Translations under genes and position numbers: made by a program
The notes under the pieces: generated by a model
The model's input: only the letters and a program-made list of their open reading frames with translations
Databases searched by the model: none
What the model was told of the DNA's origin: nothing
DNA from: Ginkgo biloba
Taxonomy: Eukaryota; Plantae; Ginkgophyta
Assembly (NCBI GenBank): GCA_024626585.2
Contig: JANKJI020000004.1
Coordinates: forward strand, 158,475,693 to 158,494,685
DNA: 18,993 bases
Reading direction: 5' to 3'
Shown here: piece after piece, positions 11,191-18,993 of the stretch
Position numbering within the stretch: position 1 is the first letter of the stretch
How the letters are laid out: each line of letters starts with the position of its first letter

Positions 11191-11345
11191 TCAGATGCAT
11201 CGTTCACTAACAACCTCAACCCTGTGGATGTGCTGCCAGATGTTACAGGCTCTGATCACTTACCTATCCAAACCAGACTAGGCATCGACACTTCTAGTGA
11301 TTCGGTCCCCTCAACGCTATTCAAATTGAATGTCTCTCATTTGGA
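11191..11345 (+). mobile_element. LINE (L1/Tx1-like) ORF2 endonuclease C-terminal fragment
   Basis: DVLPDVTGSDHLPIQ...LFKLNVSHL contains the APE-endonuclease SDH-x-P motif (TCT GAT CAC at 11251-11259) followed by the (F/W)KLN-x-S-x-L motif. The segment is locally more GC-rich than its flank and is truncated by a gap. Confidence 0.7.
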
Positions 11346-11489
11346 NNNNNNNNNNNNNNNNNNNNNNNNNNNNNNNNNNNNNNNNNNNNNNNNNNNNNNN
11401 NNNNNNNNNNNNNNNNNNNNNNNNNNNNNNNNNNNNNNNNNNNNNTTAAAAGTGGAATAGGTTAGCATATTCACTTTAGTCTGTATGTA

Positions 11490-11715
11490 CATGATTGTTA
11501 TTTAGCTATTCACAAAGGACATGCAACTTTATGAGCTATTACCTAAGCAACCAAATTACTTCTCGAAGAAATTATTAAATAGCTAGTCAAAAGGTCTTGA
11601 AATGTGTTAAAGATACCTTACATCCATGTCCCTACCAATATAACATAAGCCATTGCAATTGGACACTTCACAGTTGCAATCAAGAACTACAAAAGAGTAT
11701 TCTTATACTCACAAA
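11490..11715 (+). mobile_element. Possible very old Ty1/copia RT-RNase H relic
   Basis: Frameshifted VKR-(V)LKCVKDT near 11586-11617 resembles AVKRILRYVKGT. RTTKEYSYT near 11683-11709 resembles RSTSGYxF, in the right order. The evidence is weak. Confidence 0.3.
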
Positions 11716-13370
11716 GGATATTATGTAATGTTGCATCCTAACAATAAAGTTATGGTTGTGTATGTGTGATGTATGGATGTGATTTGATTACATGTAAGTT
11801 TTCATATTGTGGTTGATGAGCATGCATAAAAGGTAGGCAAGTAAATATTATGTTAGGCATAAATTTATAGATTATGTGTTTATCATTTGTCATGAATATG
11901 AAGTTATTTTGATCATGTAAGATGAATAATTGGCTTAGACAAGACTAATGTTGGTTTACATGAATACGAATTGATATGAAATAAACAAGTTACCAATAGA
12001 TGATTTCAATGTAAAAGATCGAGATAATGTAGTTGGAGATTTCCATGACCTATGATGTCAGGTTTTTAAAGAATAATGTTTGCATAGACAAATCTAATTA
12101 TATTCTAATGTGTTTAGGTCCAAGCTAAGAATTAATAGAGGCTTTGGCAACTATATCCATTATGTAATTATTTGTTTTAGTAATCTATCTTATTTTAGAG
12201 TAATTACTATATCCACCATATCCCCTTTTAATCATTTTAAGGTAGTATCATTTATTAGGCCTAATTGATGTATAAAAATTCCATTTATGGTGGGTATAAC
12301 CCATACAAATGGTTATAAATAAGCTCACTATGAACTCTAATTTTCATGCTTCTACTCTACATTATTCTAATTATATGTCTACTACTATTAGAACTTTGAT
12401 CAATGTCACCTTAGAGAGTAAGGAATTTTGTCACAAATGTATACCATAAGGTAAACTAAAATCTATCAATCTCATCATTGATATAAAGAATTCAATTTTT
12501 TCTCTTAATTATTTTTATTTTAAACCTTTGATAGNNNNNNNNNNNNNNNNNNNNNNNNNNNNNNNNNNNNNNNNNNNNNNNNNNNNNNNNNNNNNNNNNN
12601 NNNNNNNNNNNNNNNNNNNNNNNNNNNNNNNNNNTTATAGAATGAATTTGAGACTTCTTATAGTGTTTTGGAGCAAAAGAATATGGAAATACATGTTTCT
12701 TTAGGAAATTTCTCTAATGCTATCTTGAGGAGACCATGGATATACAATAAAAATAACGATCATCTTCAATTCTTTTTGTACTTGTCATTAGCGAAATCGG
12801 CCACAGGTTCGTAAAGATTTTGGTTTTGAGCAACCAATCCATTTTGAGATTCAGATTTAGTAGTGTGTGTTGCCTTTTTAACCTATACACATGACAAAGG
12901 TTATTCATATGTAATGTCAATCTGCAAAGANNNNNNNNNNNNNNNNNNNNNNNNNNNNNNNNNNNNNNNNAATTATGATACAACTTTGAAGGTGTAATAT
13001 GTTACATAATCACTGCATCTGATGAATCAATATCCTGAGTACCTTACAAGGGTGCAATAAAGGAAAATATTGAGGAATCATGCCACAACATATACCTACT
13101 CCAATATGCCAACATAAGCAAGGTTACTAGTTCCAACTTGTACTCTTCATTCATTTTCTTCTCTGCAACTAGCACTGTTTAGAATTCTGGTGCTGTGAAA
13201 AGTTTTTGACAGAATGAGTTTTTGTTTCCGTGTTCTGAGGAAAAAAATATCAATGACAAACGTCATGCAATTAAATGACCTAATATTTTAGATCATATCC
13301 ACATACTGCAAAGTTACAAATTGGGCTTCAAATCAACAAACTTGAAAAGAAAGACAACCAATCAGATAGT

Positions 13371-13388
13371 AGAGAGAGAGAGAGAGAG
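13371..13388. repeat. (AG)9 microsatellite in the LACS intron
   Basis: Perfect AG run about 185 bp into the intron after exon C. Confidence 0.95.
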
Positions 13389-13573
13389 ATGACACCCAAT
13401 CTCTCTTTTTATTTTATTTCCTTATTTTCTCTTCATGCCAACTGCCTTCACTTTTGTCTATTCTCTTCTTTTTCACATGAGAGAAGATAGTTCGATACTA
13501 TAATGCTTTTGTGAGTGTCTATAACAGGACCATCATCTGAAGCATAGAAGAAAAGGCAGTGATGAATGTATAC

Positions 13574-13803
13574 CCAAGGCAGATGTTAATAAATCTTTGA
13601 GTGTCTCCAGAAAGAGGAGCTCCACCACTAAGCAAACCACGAATATGACCTCCAAGAACCTCGTGTATCTTTTTAAAAACCACTGCATCCCACAGAAATT
13701 TTTCTGCACCCCATGCCCCAAGCCAACTTCCTTCAATAGCTGCTAATCGGCGGTTGTATGCAATGTCAAAGAGTTTCTTTGAAATACCACCTTTTGCCTC
13801 AAC
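13574..13803 (-). CDS. LACS9: Long-chain acyl-CoA synthetase (LACS8/9 clade), internal exon C (76 codons + 2 nt)
   Basis: Translates as [77 protein letters not shown]. Acceptor GTGCAG|, donor GG|GTATAC, with a 134-nt intron upstream (13804-13937). [17 protein letters not shown] is closer to LACS9 than LACS8 as I recall them, but the 8/9 distinction may not apply outside angiosperms. Confidence 0.96.
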
Positions 13804-13871
13804 CTGCACTTACAAAAAACCTTACAATGAAAGCCCCAAAAGACCATAAGTTCAACTTCGTAGATAATTTA

Positions 13872-14126
<255 letters not shown>

Positions 14127-14295
14127 TCAACAATAACTTCCTTACAGCATGAACCACATCAGATAAAACATGTTCACACACTTGCTTTATTACAGGGTTA
14201 TACTCCCCATAAAGATTAAGCCATAGAGATCAAGTGCTGAAAAAATGATTGTAATATTCTTCATTGAATTGAACAATAAAACAGTTTGTTCATAC

Positions 14296-14427
14296 CTCTG
14301 CTGCTAGTTCTAAAATATGTGCTAATGGCAAGTATGCCAAATAAGTGTCTTTTTTACCAAGTCCTGGAACTATTGTCATCACAGCTGAAGCTGTTGCTAC
14401 AATGTTCCCATGAGTCATCATCACACC
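14296..14427 (-). CDS. LACS9: Long-chain acyl-CoA synthetase (LACS8/9 clade), internal exon A (44 codons)
   Basis: Manual minus-strand translation gives [44 protein letters not shown], the segment that follows the AMP-binding YTSGSTGLPK motif and includes YLPLAH. It is bounded by acceptor CCTGTAG| and donor |GTATGA, is 132 nt long, phase 0/0, with no stops. It is absent from the ORF track. Confidence 0.95.
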
Positions 14428-14889
14428 CTACAGGAGTAGAAGTAAGAAAATCAATACTAATCTTAGAGATGATGTCTAACAAACACAATAAAGAGATCTT
14501 GAAGAACATAAAACATTTGCAATTATAAGATTAAAAACCTCTGTGTGCCTGTTTCAAGTCTCCGCTATAATATTCATAACAAACAGCACGGAATAAATGG
14601 GTGATGCGAACACAAAATGAAGGTTACAAAACCTTATGAGGGAGTGAATCAAGCAAGAAGGGTTCAGGAATGATGTATCAGAAGAGCACAATGAAGTCCT
14701 CTGTTACATACGCAAACCTTAACCAACTCTTCAATAATTGCAAAGGTGCCAAAGTGGTTGACCCATTGAAACATTCTATNNNNNNNNNNNNNNNNNNNNN
14801 NNNNNNNNNNNNNNNNNNNNNNNNNNNNNNNNNNNNNNNNNNNNNNNNNNNNNNNNNNNNNNNNNNNNNNNNNNNNNNNGTTAGTTGTG

Positions 14890-15136
14890 ATGTTTTGACA
14901 ACTACTTGAAATGGTTGAACATCTAAAGAAAGGATCGGGATCTTATGGACAGTTACTACAAGTGGAAATTATTAATCCAAGAAAAGCCAAGTAAGGATTG
15001 GTCATGAAGATATGTCATGGACAGTGGGAACTAATGTTTTGACACCACTTGAAATGGCTGAACATCTAAAGAAAGGATTGGGATCTTATGGACAGTTGCT
15101 ACAAGTGGAAATTATTAATCCAAGAAAAGCCAAGTA
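14890..15136 (+). repeat. Direct duplication of about 104 bp of the HRQ1 fragment
   Basis: 14890-14993 and 15034-15136 are near-identical (atgttttgaca...gaaaagccaagta), differing by one 1-nt indel and about 4 substitutions, and are separated by 40 bp. Confidence 0.95.
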
Positions 15137-15718
15137 CAGATCGTTTTCAGAAACTACTGAGACTGCACTCAGTAGAATTGGCATATCTCTGATTTATAGT
15201 CACCAGGTAGAAGAAATACATGCTCACTTATGGGTAGGATTCTTGTCGTTGCGACCTCCATTGCACACAGCAAGTCACTTTGCTACAATGTCCCAGTTTT
15301 GGAGGAGCTATCTACTAATCCGATGTCTTGTGCATTGTATTTATTCCCAACAAAGGCTTTCTCTCAAGACCAGATTTAGTCTTTATTGGAAATGACCACA
15401 ACTTCAAAATTCACCTTGACTATGGGTGTATATGATAATGATACTCATCAAGGTTAATGAATGTGACTTTGTGACAATGCTAGACTATTGATAACAAACC
15501 CTGATATGCTACATACATCAATATTGCCATCTTTTAGGCAGTTTCAATGAATATTGTCTAATCTCGAGTTTGTGATCATAGAGGAAGCCCATACACACAA
15601 AGCAGCATCTGGATGTCACACTGCCCTCATTTTACAGAGAATGCACCATACTTGCCGTCACTTGTATGGAGCTGACCCAGTTGTCATTATAAGTAGTGCA
15701 ACTGCTGCAAATCCTTGT
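15004..15718 (+). pseudogene. HRQ1: Intronless, disabled fragment of HRQ1 (RecQ4-like DEAH-box helicase), covering the Q motif to motif III
   Basis: Reads LTPLEMAEHLKKGLGSYGQ...IGISLIYSHQ, then a 1-nt frameshift at about 15223. It continues SLMGRILVVATSIAHSKSLCYNVPVLEEL...ALYLFPTKAFSQDQI*...MGVYDNDTHQG**M*LCDNARLLITNPDMLHTSILP...FQ*ILSNLEFVIIEEAHTHKAASGCHTALIL...SSATAANP. Stops fall at 15377, 15455, 15458, 15464 and 15548. The Walker A SGKS is changed to HSKS and DEAH to EEAH. Confidence 0.92.
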
Positions 15719-15907
15719 GGGCCTTCTACATCAGCGTACTCTTCATACCAGGTGCCGTTGGATTTTAAGGAAATTTCAATTCCAAAAGGGGAAAAGCTTT
15801 CAAATGGCTGGCTCAGATCAATAGGTAGATATTCAAAGACAATGGATTAAAGTGACTGTTCCAAATGATTTTGTATGATGCAAAAGAGTTGCAACTAGGT
15901 CATGTAT

Positions 15908-16123
15908 TGTGAAAAAACTATGCAAACAGAATAGAGCAAACACTTGCACAAGTATATACATGGAAATCAACTCATATTCAACTGAATAATAATGTCAAAG
16001 ATACAAGAATATATAAACAGCTCATGACCCTTCATACCAACATGACCCTAGATATCTAACCCTTATTTAAATTAGGTTAAATAATTATATAACAATATGC
16101 ATTATTCTAACACTCCCCCATAA
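15908..16123 (-). mobile_element. Copia-type PPT and short 3' LTR (about 200 bp)
   Basis: The minus strand reads ...TTATGGGGGAG|TGTTAGAATAATGC, a copia-like PPT abutting a TGTT LTR start at 16112. The candidate CA end at about 15908-15911 is approximate. Confidence 0.65.
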
Positions 16124-16426
16124 TGCATATTTGGGTTTACATCAACATATCCCTTATCACCAAGGGCTCTTCTTGGGGATTTTGTCTTCGACCTTCTACA
16201 ACTCCTCTCTGTTGTGATTCTTCCTTTTCTCAAATGTGGTTCCACTTTCTACCTTCAACGATACTATATTATCATCCACCCGATGAATCTTCTCCTGAAT
16301 CACTTTATCACTTATGTGTTTATCCANNNNNNNNNNNNNNNNNNNNNNNNNNNNNNNNNNNNNNNNNNNNNNNNNNNNNNNNNNNNNNNNNNNNNNNNNN
16401 NNNNNNNNNNNNNNNNNNNNNNNNNN

Positions 16427-16474
<48 letters not shown>
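16427..16474. repeat. (AG)24 microsatellite, truncated by a gap
   Basis: Perfect AG dinucleotide run at the contig start. It explains the RERE/SLSL ORFs. Confidence 0.99.
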
Positions 16475-16477
<3 letters not shown>

Positions 16478-17700
16478 TTTGATCTCATTGTTGTAGAAAC
16501 ACCTCTGCTCGAGTTAGGGAAGAAGTTTGACAACATTGGTTTTGTTGTGTAAGAATCTAAATTTGAAGGTAACTAGATCATAAATTAGGCCTTTGGAGTA
16601 AAGATTGATGTTGTTGCATGTAAGGATCATGGATCATGGTCATCCATAAATGTGGATTGTGTACTTTGCGAATCAGAGAAGGAGGAGCCTTTAATTGTTT
16701 TGATGTATTTTGGTGGTGCAACTTGTAATTGCTTGGATTTTAAATTGTAACTTCCATGTTGAAGACTCTAACTTTTCATTGTAGCCTGTAACTGTCAAGA
16801 TTATAGGTTGTATCCATCAAATTGTGGATTGTAACTATTCATGAAGAAGGATTCAATTGTTAGGGTATCGATTGGATGTATATGACCATTGTCTAAGGAT
16901 CATGAAACAATTTTATTTACATTGGGAATGTCAGGATGTATAATCAACCTCAGTTGAATAAGTAGTAACTTTAGTGGACTATAAAGGATTGATACATTAT
17001 TCAAGAACATTTGGAAGCTTTGACCATTGATCATATTTCATATATGGTTTTGGATGATACGTTGGTTCTTCATACAATGGCCTTGGTTGGCTTTTTGATG
17101 AGTATCTAAAGACCAAGGAATCCAAAGGATCTTTTATGACACTAAAAGAGCCTAAACCTTCCCTAAAGTCTCAAGATGAGTTGTACCAAACATGGAATAG
17201 GATGAAGAATGGCAATTAGTAGGCTCAGAGTTTTGTAGGAAGTTTGAAATTGGATCCAAAGAAGAAGTAGACCAAGGAAGCAATGGGGAGTACGATAAGT
17301 GAGCCTAGTACTTCTCCTAGGGGTATTGAGGAAGGTACAAAGGAAATATGAACTTGTTCATCTGACATATTTTTTGTTGAATCTGGGACTCAACAGATGT
17401 TAGAAGAGATAATGGTAAGCTTAATGCATCAAGAGAAGGTGAAGAAGATCCCGACGCTCTGGATTGTATTGTATGGTAGACACCAAGTTGGGATCCTTTT
17501 TCGGAGGAGCAATTCTTTAGTCAGAAGATAGCGAAACAGAAACAAGTGTTGTAAAAGTTCCATATGGTAGTGGTGGAAAGAAATTGTTGTTTAAAAGTTA
17601 AATTGTTGGTATGGTGATGATGAACAATTTGCTACCAAATAATTTGTAACTAAACAATCCACTTCCAACACAAGTTTATGTGGAGAGTTCATTTGGATCA

Positions 17701-17895
17701 ATGGTTTACGATGGAAATGGTGAACCAATAGATCATCTAGCATTATTTAATTTATGGAATTATGAATGGAGGACAAATCAAGGAGTGGTTTTTCCAGACC
17801 TTGTGGAGGATTTCTCAGGCTTGGTATATAGGTGCCAAAGGGACAATTAAGGCCTTGGGAGCTTAGTAGGAAAATTTTTAGATTGATTTCAGTGG
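17701..17895 (+). mobile_element. Decayed Ty3/gypsy (Tat/Ogre-like) gag N-terminal region
   Basis: YDGNGEPIDHLALF (TAC at 17707) is followed, after a frameshift, by FFQTLWRISQAWY...GTI and then LVGKFLD*F. This matches the retrotransposon-gag pattern YDGxGDPxDH...FxxTLxGxAxxWY...FLxxF. Confidence 0.6.
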
Positions 17896-18993
17896 ATGTG
17901 AGATCCTTCTACTATTCCAACAACTCTAGAAAGACTCTTGAAGGTCATCATGAAATGGTTCAATGTTACAATCTCATTACCCAACCACAATTAACTATGT
18001 GATTATGACAAACAATGGGATTCCATTTGATAATGTGTCACTTGTATATGTGACACTTGGTAAGTTATGATTAGACCAAAGATAGGTCTAGTAATAATGT
18101 TAATTAGTCTTTTAATGATATATGGGGTTAGAATACCCACTAGCAATTAGCTTTGTTTTTGAAATTCGGTTCATTCATGGCAATGCCTACAGGCACTTGA
18201 CTGGACCATTGTACTTGGTCTTTATATTCATATCTTGTCTTACTTTTTATAATCTGTCTAATATGATGACGAAGAGTTTATTAGCATGGTTTAGATCTTA
18301 CAAATAGAATAGCGATATCGGAGCTTGAAGACCAAACCCGTGGAATCTAACTATGGGTTTCAACATTTCATAATTTGTTATAATGGAAGGTCTAAGGGTG
18401 TTTTCAGGCCATTCAAAAGCAATTTCTTCAGCAACAATTAGATTATTTTAAAATTAAAAAAAATCAAAGATTCATTCTTCCATAATGAGAAATAATTTCA
18501 ATTTACTCATCATTTGATTTGTTGAGAGAAATGAATCATCAAAGCAACTACATTCACTGATCCTATTACACATCTAATGGATCCTCGACCATTAATGGTA
18601 TTAGCTTTCCATCTTTGAAATGTTTATGAGACTCAAAATTTCCAAGGGACCAAATCATGATTAAATTATTTGGAGAATTGCACTTTCCTCGTCAAATTTT
18701 TGAAGTTCATCCAGAGCATTATTGGATATCATCAACATGTAACAAAGTACAAATGAAAGATTTCGTACTTATTCAAACTTCAATCAAAGTAAGCATTATT
18801 TAGTACTATATCATAGCATCCGATCTTTCATCTTCTTTCCCCTTGTTTGGCTTATTTGGAAGGTAAGAGTTGAACCATATCACAAGCATTGAAGACAAAG
18901 GCTCGTAGAGTCTATGTGACAATGTCATATCAAGGGCATGAACCACCATTCTTGCATAAACAATACACATTATATGGCTGACATTATATTAGA

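Noticed and set aside
13383-13406. Hairpin agagagat/atctctct in the LACS intron
   Set aside because: Low-complexity 8-bp stem derived from the microsatellite.
14286-14528. Plus-strand 80-aa ORF
   Set aside because: It is the antisense shadow of LACS exon A.
15004-15718. Bacterial MrfA/SftH-type or Druantia/DISARM helicase, or horizontal transfer
   Set aside because: The EMxEHLKKGxGSxGQ lead-in and GCHTALIL motif match plant HRQ1, and the context is plant nuclear DNA.
16123-16552. ORFs with RERERE/SLSLSL tracts
   Set aside because: These are translations of the (AG)n microsatellite and the N gap.
18035-18140. Three short adjacent hairpins (gtgtcac/gtgacac, tagacc/ggtcta, ggg/ccc)
   Set aside because: Stems of 7 bp or less are expected by chance, with no tRNA, Helitron or other recognisable fold.
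18300-18993. Possible decayed transposase on the minus strand (e.g. EEIAFEWPENTLRP)
   Set aside because: Only vague coding-like patches with many stops and no motif I can name. A BLASTX search would be needed.

Overview
AT-rich eukaryotic nuclear DNA from a land plant with a large, repeat-rich genome. The TE types suggest a non-flowering vascular plant such as a fern or gymnosperm, but that is inference. Seven gaps of exactly 100 N split the window into eight short pieces (1-1824, 1925-4274, 4375-8485, 8586-11345, 11446-12534, 12635-14779, 14880-16326, 16427-18993), so adjacency across those gaps is not evidence of linkage. There are two host-gene-derived features. The first is three intact, correctly spliced internal exons of a LACS8/LACS9-clade long-chain acyl-CoA synthetase on the minus strand, one of which the ORF track misses. 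The second is an intronless, disabled fragment of the RecQ4-like DEAH helicase HRQ1, with a local tandem duplication. Most of the rest is decayed retroelement: a chromovirus-type Ty3/gypsy integrase behind an LTR end and PBS, a non-chromovirus gypsy RT joined directly to a PPT and 3' LTR, two gag/protease relics, a copia-type PPT/LTR, a LINE endonuclease fragment, and several mini- and microsatellites. I see no RNA genes, no CRISPR array and no convincing new biological system. The most interesting items are the HRQ1 retrocopy, two internally deleted gypsy elements, hairpins at PPT/LTR junctions and a decayed accessory-type ORF. All family assignments come from motif recognition by eye, not from database searches.
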